64,000 bases of DNA. Source: a virus. Lineage: Duplodnaviria > Caudoviricetes. Of the stretch, positions 32,880-42,137 are shown in pieces. The number at the start of each line of letters is the position of its first letter. The stretch's first letter is position 1. The notes below the pieces were generated by a model. It worked only from the letters and a program-made list of their open reading frames with translations. It was not told the DNA's origin and did not search any database. Location of the stretch: positions 5,479-69,478 of the IMG/VR virus record IMGVR_UViG_3300034993_000085; one strand, written 5' to 3'. The translations under genes and the position numbers were made by a program.

Positions 32880-34832
32880 ATGGACGGTACCGATCGTCTC
32901 CAACCTCACCATCGTGAGGAACTGGAGACTGGCAGCGGCATCAGCGCCCATGTCATAGATACCCGAGGCTATCGGTCTCTCGATCTCTATGACATGCAGC
33001 AGCGGGTAGCTCGCGAAGAGCTTTCGAATCCCTATGCTGACGCGGGCGGGTGGATGGATATCCCAATCACCCGCCCCGATGGCTCCCACTTCGGGGGCAT
33101 CATCCGGCTCGATCGCCCAGCAATAAAAGACGACACTGAGCAGAAATACATCTGGCCCCTCAACTCTCACAACGTCCTCGATGTCCATCCGATTGTGCTT
33201 CAGAACAACTGGCACCAGGACAGCGACGTTCCCCTGATAGTCACCGAAGGGATCAAGAAAGCCGACGCGATTCTATCCCGAGCACTCGATGCCAACATGC
33301 CGGTGTGCGTGGTTGCCGTCAACGGGTGCTGGGGGTGGCGAGCCAAGGTCCAGGGCAAGGAGTCCGGCTCCGTCGCACTGCCCGACTGGAATGACATCGC
33401 CCTTGAGGGGCGCAGCACAATCATCATTCCGGACTCAGACTTTGCGATTAACCCGAGCGTCGCGGAAGGTTGGACGAATCTCGCTCGCTACATGGTGGGC
33501 AAGACCCGATCAAAAGAACACCACGTATCGCTCGCGGTTCCCCCAGGCAAGGGCCTCAAGAAACAGGGCGCCGACGATTATCTTCTGCACCACACGCTTG
33601 ATGATCTTCTTGGGTTAGCGAGACACCCGAAGGCGATCGACCTCGATCCCGTCATCCGAGAGCTTCCAGCTAAGACCCTTCAGAACGTCTGGGATTCTGC
33701 TGATACCCAGGTGGACTGGGTAATGAACCGGCTTATTGGGCCGAAGTCCGTCTCACTCTTCACTGGACACAGCCGGGCGCTCAAGACCTGGCACGTGCAA
33801 GCGCTCGCGCTCGACCTGTGCCTTGGGCAGCAATGGCTTGGGCACGGCATGTTCTACATGCAAGAGCCGGTAAAGGTACTGCACCTGTCGGAAGAGATGA
33901 CGGGGGAAGATGTTGGCGAACGCTACCGAAAGCTCATGGAGGGTGATCGCTACAACTCCCCGCAAAAGCATCAAGAGATACATGATCGTCTCACTATCTT
34001 AGCCCGGTCAGGGTTTACTTTTGGGGACGACGACTACCGACAATCTCTGATCTTGATGATCCAGACCACGGGTATCCAAGTCATGGTGGTGGACTCGCTG
34101 TCAATGACCTGGGACGGTGAAGAGAACTCAAACTCAGAAGTCAAGATGATGTACCGATGGTTGCGAGGCATTATTGAAGAGACCGGGATAGCCGTGGTTC
34201 TTATACATCACTTGAACAAGCCGGTCGCTGCGAATGCTGATCGTGATGCGATCTTCGATATTCGTGGCGCCGTGCAGCTAGTCAACCAGGCTGATTCGGT
34301 CGTGATGTTCGCCAACTACGCAACCTTTGACGGCAAGAATCGTCAGGTTCAGGTCAAGCATCTCAAGACGTGGAAGGGGATGGAGCCGGAGTCATGGGTG
34401 TCACGCTTCTTCGAGCACGATACCCCGACGCTTGTGGTCCCGACCGCGTACGGCGACCGGAGCTACGCCCCGATCGACATCACCTTTGACTCGCTGTTCT
34501 CAGAGAACGCGGCGCACACTTACGCAACGACGCAGGACGATGACGCAGGGATGGAGTGGATGATGGAGGTCATCGAGCAGCAGACCGGATTCGAGACAAC
34601 AGGGATCGAACAGAACATCCTTCTCCCGTCCATACTGACCTACTGGCCGCGTACCGAAGGCAAAAAGCCCAGCGATACGCGGCTTCTTGATTGGCTGCGT
34701 ACCCTGGTAGCGAACGGCAGGCTGGCACGGGTCCGCAAAGGCGCCGGAACTGAGCCGATCTTTTCTGCACCATGGGCATCAGTCATCTCGGACCTTGGGG
34801 TGTCGGCTGACGTTGAAGAGGTATCGGAGTGA
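32880..34832 (+). CDS. Primase-helicase (DUF3854 Toprim-like plus AAA_25/RepA-like helicase)
   Basis: VTEGIKKADA, VNGCWGW, IIPDSD; GHSRALKT, VMVVDSL, LIHHLNK, RGA. Confidence 0.88.
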   Translation: MDGTDRLQPHHREELETGSGISAHVIDTRGYRSLDLYDMQQRVAREELSNPYADAGGWMDIPITRPDGSHFGGIIRLDRPAIKDDTEQKYIWPLNSHNVLDVHPIVLQNNWHQDSDVPLIVTEGIKKADAILSRALDANMPVCVVAVNGCWGWRAKVQGKESGSVALPDWNDIALEGRSTIIIPDSDFAINPSVAEGWTNLARYMVGKTRSKEHHVSLAVPPGKGLKKQGADDYLLHHTLDDLLGLARHPKAIDLDPVIRELPAKTLQNVWDSADTQVDWVMNRLIGPKSVSLFTGHSRALKTWHVQALALDLCLGQQWLGHGMFYMQEPVKVLHLSEEMTGEDVGERYRKLMEGDRYNSPQKHQEIHDRLTILARSGFTFGDDDYRQSLILMIQTTGIQVMVVDSLSMTWDGEENSNSEVKMMYRWLRGIIEETGIAVVLIHHLNKPVAANADRDAIFDIRGAVQLVNQADSVVMFANYATFDGKNRQVQVKHLKTWKGMEPESWVSRFFEHDTPTLVVPTAYGDRSYAPIDITFDSLFSENAAHTYATTQDDDAGMEWMMEVIEQQTGFETTGIEQNILLPSILTYWPRTEGKKPSDTRLLDWLRTLVANGRLARVRKGAGTEPIFSAPWASVISDLGVSADVEEVSE

Positions 34833-35017
34833 CCTACGCGGTACTCCGATACAAGACGTGCCCGAAGTGTAAGCGCGGGAAGATTCTGAAGTTCTTTGCC
34901 TTGGACCCAAAACGCAAAGACGGGCTCGACTCCTACTGTAAGCAGTGCCGGAAGTATGCTGCGCGCAAGCGGAGAGAGCGAGGCGGCGGGCGGCAGCCGT
35001 CTGGACACAATGGGTGA
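34829..35017 (+). CDS. Stand-alone Zn finger (endonuclease N-terminal type)
   Basis: KTCPKC..K...F......KDGL..YCKQC. Confidence 0.65.
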   Translation: MTYAVLRYKTCPKCKRGKILKFFALDPKRKDGLDSYCKQCRKYAARKRRERGGGRQPSGHNG

Positions 35018-35112
35018 CACCGGCCCCACGCTCCTGCATGTCTGTTAACTGGCTTCACCCTCAGTGGGTCCGAGGTAACGGCTCTATCGGGCATACAGTT
35101 TCTCTCGGTGTC

Positions 35113-35140
35113 TTGCATAGTGTAGCATCTGTGGTATATT
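35113..35140 (+). promoter_or_regulatory. Promoter
   Basis: TTGCAT-16-TATATT with extended TG. Confidence 0.65.
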
Positions 35141-35147
35141 CAACAGT

Positions 35148-35360
35148 ATGAAACGCCCAAGAATCACAGCGCTCCAGAAAGACGTGCTCACGGATATGCA
35201 GCACGGGTATGTCCTGTTCCAGCGAGACAGCGGAGCATGGGTATTGGAGACCCCAACGACCACGCTCCGGGGAGTGGCTCCAGTGACGGTGTGTGCGCTG
35301 CAACGCAAGCAACTCATTCGACGCTCTGAGAAACACCCTCGATTATGGGTACTCGCATGA
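35148..35360 (+). CDS. Hypothetical protein
   Basis: 70 aa just after the promoter (possibly leaderless). Confidence 0.55.
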   Translation: MKRPRITALQKDVLTDMQHGYVLFQRDSGAWVLETPTTTLRGVAPVTVCALQRKQLIRRSEKHPRLWVLA

Positions 35361-35470
35361 AGCGCTTACTGTGTTGGTTGCAGCGGACACACATACCAAG
35401 GTGGCACCCCAAAGTTCTTGATGTACGCGGGCGCTGGCAGTGCGCTCGTTGCGAAAAGTGGCTGTCGTGA
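35357..35470 (+). CDS. 37-aa Cys-containing peptide
   Basis: ATGA overlap; hand translated MKRLLCWLQRTH...CARC. Confidence 0.45.
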   Translation: MKRLLCWLQRTHIPRWHPKVLDVRGRWQCARCEKWLS

Positions 35471-35472
35471 AC

Positions 35473-35874
35473 ATGAAAACCTACTACATCCGGTACGGAA
35501 AGCACGGGCGCATCCATCGGATGCGTGTCGATCAGGATACTGGCTTCAGCTTCACGGACCTACGGTGTCACGTCGATGACATCAAGGCTGCGTGTGATGA
35601 CTACGGCACACTTCCAGAGCACCCGGCTCTGCGGCAGGGATACATCATGGGGTGGAGGCACGATGGCCAGCGCATCTGCAAGTTCTGTTTCGGAGACGAC
35701 ATCAAGAAGCTGCCCCGCGTGCGGATGCCGATACGACGAGTTCAGAACCGGACTTACGTTTCGCCACGTGCGTCAGGCCATGATGGTTCCGACGAACGAT
35801 CCCCAGACATGGAGACAGAAGCGTCGGCATTCAGTGCTCGGGTACTGGCGGGAGTTAAAGATGCAACTTTTTGA
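35473..35874 (+). CDS. Hypothetical protein
   Basis: MKTYYIRYGKHGRIH...CKFC. Confidence 0.55.
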   Translation: MKTYYIRYGKHGRIHRMRVDQDTGFSFTDLRCHVDDIKAACDDYGTLPEHPALRQGYIMGWRHDGQRICKFCFGDDIKKLPRVRMPIRRVQNRTYVSPRASGHDGSDERSPDMETEASAFSARVLAGVKDATF

Positions 35875-35885
35875 GGACTACCACC

Positions 35886-36068
35886 ATGGCTGCGAGTAAG
35901 ACGTTCGATGTGGAAGTGACCTACACCTTAAAGGTGGTCGCGAACAACATGGCGATGGCCCGCGAAGCTATCGAGCAGGGCTACGTCAAGGTCTCCGATG
36001 TCCTAGTGGAGTCCAACACCACGGGGGTCAAGCAACTTCTTATCAACGAGGAGAACTTCGCCAAATGA
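35886..36068 (+). CDS. Small beta-rich protein
   Basis: GAGGA RBS; 60 aa. Confidence 0.6.
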   Translation: MAASKTFDVEVTYTLKVVANNMAMAREAIEQGYVKVSDVLVESNTTGVKQLLINEENFAK

Positions 36069-36168
36069 TCGATTGCAGCATCGTCGAGTTGGTTAAGGGA
36101 GCGGCTGGTTACAGCATCATGTTCATGATGGTAGCTACTTTTTGCTACGCCTTTATAAAGGCGTTCTC

Positions 36169-36933
36169 ATGAGCAAGAGTAAATGGGAGAAGAAAGTCGG
36201 AGAGCTTCTCAAGACCGACCAGTTCGTGTGGAATCACAAATGTCCGGACATTTTTGATCGGCGCCACCCCTACGCCGGGCACTCTCGCGTCGATTGGCTC
36301 GCCCTCGACAAGCAGGGGCACGGCTGGATGATCGAGGTCAAGTACCTTGATCGAAAGCAGTCGATGCTCTTCAACCTGTTCAACACACGCGACGGCGTAT
36401 CCCCTGGGCAGCGCGGAGAGCTTCAGGCGTTTGGAGAGGCCGGCTACGCACTGCTCGCGGTCGGGCACAGCGGCACAAACGCGCTCTACATCTTTGAGTG
36501 GCCCTGGATTGAGCAGCTTGTGAGCAACCTGTCACGTCCGTTCATGGATGACGATCAACCTGAAGAAATACATCTCGATCTCAACGGCGCGAGCCGCATC
36601 ATACGGTACCCCCGAGGGCGGGTAGAGGAGGAATTTCATTGGTCGCAGTACCCGTTCCCGTTCTCAACGACCCACCTAGCGTCGCGCCCATCTATGTCAC
36701 CGACGCAGCAGGAGAGCGAAGCCTCCTCCGGTCTATCGTTAGCCACGGAGAGTTCTCCTTTGACCTTGAAACAACCGGGCTCGATCCCCACGCAGCGGGA
36801 TCAGCCATTGGGCTCACTATCATCGAGTGTGGAGGGCAAGCCTACTTCCTCCGTTCGGTCCCGTCGTGGCTCCCCTCGGTCATTGCCGACCCAGACACTA
36901 TCAAGCGAGGATTTAACCTCAAATTCGATCTGA
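36169..36933 (+). CDS. PD-(D/E)xK nuclease, probable Holliday-junction resolvase
   Basis: WEKKV...VDWLA...WMIEVK...SPGQRGEL; the last ~98 codons overlap polA. Confidence 0.7.
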   Translation: MSKSKWEKKVGELLKTDQFVWNHKCPDIFDRRHPYAGHSRVDWLALDKQGHGWMIEVKYLDRKQSMLFNLFNTRDGVSPGQRGELQAFGEAGYALLAVGHSGTNALYIFEWPWIEQLVSNLSRPFMDDDQPEEIHLDLNGASRIIRYPRGRVEEEFHWSQYPFPFSTTHLASRPSMSPTQQESEASSGLSLATESSPLTLKQPGSIPTQRDQPLGSLSSSVEGKPTSSVRSRRGSPRSLPTQTLSSEDLTSNSI

Positions 36934-38477
36934 AGTGGCTGGCAAAGTTTCACCCTGAGATTCTGACCCTGGGCGCCCGAAACATTCAGGACTGCTACGT
37001 CAACAACCTGCTCGTTAAAACCAAACGTGGTTCAGGGGGCAACAATCTTCAGAACACCGTGGCTGAGCGCTTAGGGATACGGATCGAGAAAGATGTAGAC
37101 CATGAGCAGGTTGATTGGACTGGGGCTCTGACCCCTGACATGGAGAAGTATGCCACTGAGGATGTACTGCTCCTGCCAGCGCTCGATGCTGAGCTAAAAC
37201 GGCTTACCAAGAGTACCAGGCAAGCGCGCCCCTGGCGCATTGAAAGCAACGCCGTCTTATCGGTCGCAGCGATGGAACTCAACGGTATCCCCGTGGACAC
37301 CGGGCTATGGAATCACAATATCAACCAGTGGTGGGTGCATTTCTGGCTGACTCTCGACAAGCTCCGGGCTGGGTGCTCGGATGTCAAGAACTGGAATAGC
37401 TCCAACCAGATCAAGGCCGCGCTCGGCATGCTCTATGGCATGACCCCCGACGACACCAAGCACTCCACGCTGATGCTCCTCCAGAACGAGATGCCGATCT
37501 TGAATGACCTGATCGAGTACCGCCACTGGGCCAAGCGCGTGTCCAGTTGGGGAGACTCGCAGCCCAAGAACGGGAACTACAAGGTGCCCTTCTTGGAGAA
37601 GTACGTGCATGACATCACGGGCCGGTTCCACCCGTCGTGGTGGCAACTCTCTACCATGACAGGCCGGTTCTCCTGCACGGCACCGAACGCGCAGCAGTTC
37701 CCACGAGACCCCGACTTTCGAGAGATGTTCCGGGCGCCTGATGGGTGGGCCTTCGTGTCGCTGGACTACGAGCAGATTGAGATGCTCGTGGCTGCATACT
37801 ACGCTCCGGACCCCACGCTCCTGTCGCTGTTCCACCAGGGCATCGACACCCATAGCCAGGTCGTCGCGTGGATCAAGGACATCACGCTTGCGGAGTTCTT
37901 GGCGCAGCCGAAAGACGTGGTGAAGAAGCAACGCCAGATCGGCAAGTCCGCGAACTTCGGGCTGCTCTTTGGGATGGGAGCCCCGACACTCCGGGTCTAC
38001 TCCAAGGTGAACTACGACGTGGACATGACCGAGGACGAAGCGCGGCGCATCATCAAGGTGTACTTCGATAAGTTCAGGGGCCTGAGCGCCATGCGGAACC
38101 GCACGTTCACCCGGTTCAATGACCCCCGTCTCGAAGAGGCATGGATTCGAAACCTGATCGATGCGTCTCGCCATCTGACCCGAGCCGATGGGAGTCTGAA
38201 GGCGACGACGGCCATGAACACTCCGATCCAGGGGACCGCTGGCTACGGGATCAAGGCAGCACTGCGGTACATCATGGACGCGGAGCTATTGCCGTACCTG
38301 ATAGGCCAGGTGCATGATGAGATGCTATTCTTGTTCCCGAGAGATGGACTCTCGGATTATGTATCGACCGCGAAGGAAGCGATGGTCAAAGGAATGCGCC
38401 AGGTGCTCGACTGGCAGGCCCCGGTTCGAGTAGACGAACATATCGGACCGTCGTGGTCCGAAGAGGAGGAGTGGTAA
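36639..38477 (+). CDS. polA: Family A DNA polymerase with 3'-5' exonuclease
   Basis: FDLETTG, FNLKFDL, YATED; motif A LDYEQIE, motif B RQIGKSANFGLLFG, motif C VHDE; TTG start with GAGGAGG RBS. Confidence 0.95.
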   Translation: MVAVPVPVLNDPPSVAPIYVTDAAGERSLLRSIVSHGEFSFDLETTGLDPHAAGSAIGLTIIECGGQAYFLRSVPSWLPSVIADPDTIKRGFNLKFDLKWLAKFHPEILTLGARNIQDCYVNNLLVKTKRGSGGNNLQNTVAERLGIRIEKDVDHEQVDWTGALTPDMEKYATEDVLLLPALDAELKRLTKSTRQARPWRIESNAVLSVAAMELNGIPVDTGLWNHNINQWWVHFWLTLDKLRAGCSDVKNWNSSNQIKAALGMLYGMTPDDTKHSTLMLLQNEMPILNDLIEYRHWAKRVSSWGDSQPKNGNYKVPFLEKYVHDITGRFHPSWWQLSTMTGRFSCTAPNAQQFPRDPDFREMFRAPDGWAFVSLDYEQIEMLVAAYYAPDPTLLSLFHQGIDTHSQVVAWIKDITLAEFLAQPKDVVKKQRQIGKSANFGLLFGMGAPTLRVYSKVNYDVDMTEDEARRIIKVYFDKFRGLSAMRNRTFTRFNDPRLEEAWIRNLIDASRHLTRADGSLKATTAMNTPIQGTAGYGIKAALRYIMDAELLPYLIGQVHDEMLFLFPRDGLSDYVSTAKEAMVKGMRQVLDWQAPVRVDEHIGPSWSEEEEW

Positions 38478-38654
38478 ATGACTGGCCGCCCGACGTATGT
38501 ATTTTCCTGGGGACCGAACTCGAAGCGGTTCCACCTGACCCCAAACGGAGAGCGCCAAACTCTGTGTGGCCGGTGGAAGCGCGCAGGCTGGGTGCACCAC
38601 CTTCTGAAACGCTCTGACATACCCATCTGCGCTAACTGCCGAGCGTACCTATGA
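38478..38654 (+). CDS. 58-aa protein with H/C Zn motif
   Basis: Hand translated; FHL...TLCG...CANC. Confidence 0.55.
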   Translation: MTGRPTYVFSWGPNSKRFHLTPNGERQTLCGRWKRAGWVHHLLKRSDIPICANCRAYL

Positions 38655-39409
38655 TGCGACGCTATGACGTTGAAGAGGTTGGGCGTATCGTTGTCGTTGA
38701 TCTCAACGCCACCAACGATGCAGCCGGGCACATCATTCGGGAGTTTCGCGGCGACTTGCAGTTCCAGTGGCCCGACGCGGTAGTCGGACCACACGGACGG
38801 GTCAAGGCGGTCGAAGATTTCACGCTCGGAATAGATGAATGCCGCGTGTCGCTCATTCTGCCGGTGGTTCGAAACGTCCCGTACTTCGATCGAGAAAGAG
38901 TACAGCACTACTTGGACACGCCACGAGCGAAGTACACAAACGTGCTGGCGTACGACGACACCCCGGAAATATATACCGATGAGTTACAGAAGCTCCAGCA
39001 AACCGTAGCGGAGCACATACAGATGGGGCACATCTCTATTGAGGATGCGCGCCGTTTCTTTGAGTCCGGAGCGGCTGCTCGCTACTACTTACCCCCAGTA
39101 CACACGAACTACACTCAGGGCATACCTCCGGGTATGTCGCCATCGCTACGTGGCCCCCAAAACTACCCCACGAACTACCCCACGGTGATGCCTCCGTTAC
39201 CCCCGCATCAGTGGCGCCCCAAACGCGCGTATCGTGATCCTAAAGACGAAGGGATCAAACCAACCCACGATTGTGTGAACGGGGCAGTGCAACTCGGACC
39301 CAAGCGGGACTGCACGTATTGCACGTTCAGCCGTCCTGTCGAGCCCCACAAAGAGACCCCGGAAGAAGCGAAGCGCCGGAAGAAAGCGCTGCTAGAGGGA
39401 GCACGATGA
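38651..39409 (+). CDS. Hypothetical protein, weak HAD-like motifs
   Basis: VVVDLNAT near N-terminus and VLAYDD about 85 aa later; tentative. Confidence 0.5.
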   Translation: MMRRYDVEEVGRIVVVDLNATNDAAGHIIREFRGDLQFQWPDAVVGPHGRVKAVEDFTLGIDECRVSLILPVVRNVPYFDRERVQHYLDTPRAKYTNVLAYDDTPEIYTDELQKLQQTVAEHIQMGHISIEDARRFFESGAAARYYLPPVHTNYTQGIPPGMSPSLRGPQNYPTNYPTVMPPLPPHQWRPKRAYRDPKDEGIKPTHDCVNGAVQLGPKRDCTYCTFSRPVEPHKETPEEAKRRKKALLEGAR

Positions 39410-39666
39410 TCCGACTCACCATGCGGCGCCTGGGCCGGTGGCTCATTCAACACTCAACCGTGTGCCAGCAGGGGCACTGGCACTCGGTTGGGTTCATTCA
39501 CCTGAATCCGGGGGATGTGTCGGAGTGTGCGGACGACTTCGGCCCGACCGTACGATACAAATTGGCAGTTGTCCACAAGGACTCGGTTGTCTTGCAGCAA
39601 TATATCCGCTGCCCGAGCATCCGGGCAGCGGATATCAACGCCGCTCTAGATATCGAGCGTGCGTAG
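39406..39666 (+). CDS. Hypothetical protein
   Basis: ATGA overlap; last gene of the rightward arm. Confidence 0.5.
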   Translation: MIRLTMRRLGRWLIQHSTVCQQGHWHSVGFIHLNPGDVSECADDFGPTVRYKLAVVHKDSVVLQQYIRCPSIRAADINAALDIERA

Positions 39667-40386
39667 CTGGCGCCGCGTCACGGGTTTATAGGGCTTTCGG
39701 TCTCGCCACTGTTGAAGCTGGACCTTGAGATTCTCGCACGGGTCAGGCGGCGGGGGCGGCGGGGTCACATCCCCGTAATAGACCGTGTACTCTTCGCGGA
39801 TGACACTGAGGTCAACCGGAGTAGCGGTATATTGCTTTGCTGCGACCTGAGCCCAGCCAATAGGCAGTGTCACGAGGTTAATATCCTGAACACCGTCGTA
39901 GTCTGAGAGCCAGATGGGCAGCCGGTTAAACTGCGCGAACTCTCCCTGTCCCCCAGGGAAGTGCTGATCGATCCACCATATGCCAGTGTAGATGCCACAC
40001 TTCATTCCGTACTTGGTCTCGGAATACTCGACCGCCTTCGCGAGCCAGTCAGCGTTCGGACCTTCATCGACGATGATGCCGTTCTCTACATAGGTCTCGC
40101 AGTCGAGCCAGAGCAGCGGAAGCTCTAACCCGATCGATGCACACAACCCAATGATGTCGTCGATCGTGGTGTACGGAGACGCGCTCCGGTAGCACCAGCA
40201 GTACATCCCGGCAGAGCACCCGTTGTTCCACGCGCTCTGTATCTGGTCAAGGCTATGTGACTGGGGCGGGCTCTCGATTTCTAGGTAGCCCTTGACGATG
40301 ACGTGCTGCGGGCGATGCGTTGCAATGAGTTGTGTCAGGTCGCGCGGCTGGTGGGACGATACGTCCATCGCCTTGAGAATGCTCAT
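39646..40386 (-). CDS. Endolysin, GH25 muramidase-like
   Basis: MDVSSHQ, GMYCW, LWLDCE, GIYTG.WW, PIWLSDY, KQY; Pro-rich linker. Confidence 0.8.
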   Translation of the reverse strand: MSILKAMDVSSHQPRDLTQLIATHRPQHVIVKGYLEIESPPQSHSLDQIQSAWNNGCSAGMYCWCYRSASPYTTIDDIIGLCASIGLELPLLWLDCETYVENGIIVDEGPNADWLAKAVEYSETKYGMKCGIYTGIWWIDQHFPGGQGEFAQFNRLPIWLSDYDGVQDINLVTLPIGWAQVAAKQYTATPVDLSVIREEYTVYYGDVTPPPPPPDPCENLKVQLQQWRDRKPYKPVTRRQLRTLDI

Positions 40387-41009
40387 GTTTGTTCCCTAAT
40401 GCGCTGGGCAGCGATCTCGCACGCTGCTTCGTCGCTGTCTATCCCTACCGCTGATATACCACGCTGCGCTGCTGCTACCAGTAGAGTACCACTCCCGGCC
40501 ATAGGGTCAAGCACGACACCTCCTACGGGGACGAACCGAAGCATCGCATCGGCCCAATCAATCGACTGCTGCCACTTGTGGAGCTTGGCGTTAGCCTGCT
40601 CTCCGCGTGACTCGAAGCGGTCGCATATGAACCCGCGCCCTGCCGGCCACGAGCCTTTGACCCACCAACCGACCGGCTTCCATGCAACCTCGATGCCCAT
40701 CGCCATGCGCGGATGCGGGCCATGGCTCTGATCCATGGACAATAACCACCGGAACTTGAGCTTCCTTCCCACAGTATCCAGTATCTCTGGAAGTGCGTAG
40801 TGGGGGGTAATCGCCAAGAGAGACCCTCCGGGAATAAGGAGCCGCTCTGAGTGCCAGGCGAGAGGCTCCCACAAGGAGAGATATTCTTTGGGGTACGGAG
40901 GGTCAGTAATTACAGCGGCAAAATTCCCGGGCACCATCTCAGCCATTACCCGAGGAAATTCCTCGCAGTAAAGTGTTGTGGTGCCATGCACGAAGTACGG
41001 TTTAATCAT
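40383..41009 (-). CDS. DNA N6-adenine/N4-cytosine methyltransferase
   Basis: VITDPPY and VLDPMAGSGT; start ATG 41009. Confidence 0.9.
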   Translation of the reverse strand: MIKPYFVHGTTTLYCEEFPRVMAEMVPGNFAAVITDPPYPKEYLSLWEPLAWHSERLLIPGGSLLAITPHYALPEILDTVGRKLKFRWLLSMDQSHGPHPRMAMGIEVAWKPVGWWVKGSWPAGRGFICDRFESRGEQANAKLHKWQQSIDWADAMLRFVPVGGVVLDPMAGSGTLLVAAAQRGISAVGIDSDEAACEIAAQRIREQT

Positions 41010-41211
41010 CGAACACGATGCGCGTCTGTCCCTGGTGTCCGTGGATGTACTCCACGTCCTCAATCCGCTCATACCACACACCACTGGTTACGTCAGTGAG
41101 CCACGTCAGGGCGCACTTCCCATTGGAGAACTGGCACCCTTCCGCAACCTTGCCTGTGCCGCTCACTCCTGTCGCATCGGTGTCACGCTGAAGGTGAAAT
41201 CGTCGGGCCAT
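41002..41211 (-). CDS. Conserved small phage protein
   Basis: RRFHLQRDTDATGVSGTGKVAEG...IHGHQGQTRIV pattern common in actinophages. Confidence 0.8.
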   Translation of the reverse strand: MARRFHLQRDTDATGVSGTGKVAEGCQFSNGKCALTWLTDVTSGVWYERIEDVEYIHGHQGQTRIVFDD

Positions 41212-41219
41212 CCTGTCTC

Positions 41220-42128
41220 CTATATGCGATCGGTGTCGGGGCCGTCGTTCCTGTCACGCGGAGCCCATGGGATACCGGGCTTTCCCTGCCACTCATCGAC
41301 GCGACGCAAGGCCATCGTCCGCATGCTTGACCGGAGTGTCTGGTAGTTCACGGCGCCGATGTACGCATCGAGCGACGGCTTCCAGTTGCCGGATGGTTCG
41401 AGCAGCCCGAAGCCGTCGTGATCGTGGAACGCGAAGATCGTGTGGCCGGCCAGGATATCGGTGCGCTCCAGGAAGTAGCTCACAGTCGATCCGATGTAGT
41501 GGGCCTGGGTCGCGTAGCTCACCTGATGTGTGGACATCCCTACTTCAGATATGAACAAGGGAATGAAACGCCCAGAGAGATCGCGCGCCTTGTTGACGTG
41601 GCGCATCATGATGTCATCGAGCGTCCCGAAGTACGGGCCTTCTCCCCGGTAGGCGCCGGGAGCCCACTGTCCATAGGGGTGCAGCCCCACGAGATTGCAG
41701 TGCGAGAAGTCGAACTCATTGAGCCAGTTCTCATCACCACCGATAAGCCCGGGGGAGCAGAGCATCTGGTTGTCTCCCCAATGCTGGCGCGAAAGCTCCA
41801 TCATCCTATTGATACGGGCGTGCGTCATCCTTGATGACTCAGCCCCCGCACCATCGGGTTCGTTGCCAACCTCGACGACGCCGATCAGGCCCTTGTACCG
41901 CTCCGCTAGCTCCCTGATGGCATCGTCGTCCGTCCGGTTTCGGAAGGTGTCAGAATCGTAGGTCAGCACAAGCTCTAGCCCAGCACGGGTAAATCTCTTT
42001 GCGGTTGCGCGAGACATCCCAAAGTCAAGGTCTCCGGAGAACCTGAACTTCCCAGCCCCCACCCCGGTGAACCACTCAGGCAGATAGCTTCCGTCCTTCG
42101 GCCCGCAGAGCCCTGATCGTTCGTTCAT
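41220..42128 (-). CDS. Clan GH-A glycoside hydrolase
   Basis: VEVGNEPD (acid/base), GLHPY, FISEVG (nucleophile). Confidence 0.75.
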   Translation of the reverse strand: MNERSGLCGPKDGSYLPEWFTGVGAGKFRFSGDLDFGMSRATAKRFTRAGLELVLTYDSDTFRNRTDDDAIRELAERYKGLIGVVEVGNEPDGAGAESSRMTHARINRMMELSRQHWGDNQMLCSPGLIGGDENWLNEFDFSHCNLVGLHPYGQWAPGAYRGEGPYFGTLDDIMMRHVNKARDLSGRFIPLFISEVGMSTHQVSYATQAHYIGSTVSYFLERTDILAGHTIFAFHDHDGFGLLEPSGNWKPSLDAYIGAVNYQTLRSSMRTMALRRVDEWQGKPGIPWAPRDRNDGPDTDRI

Positions 42129-42137
42129 TAGAATCCC

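Noticed and set aside
37951-37980. PolA motif B has Phe at the position equivalent to E. coli Y766
   Set aside because: Conservative change; the position equivalent to F762 is standard. No basis for claiming altered function.
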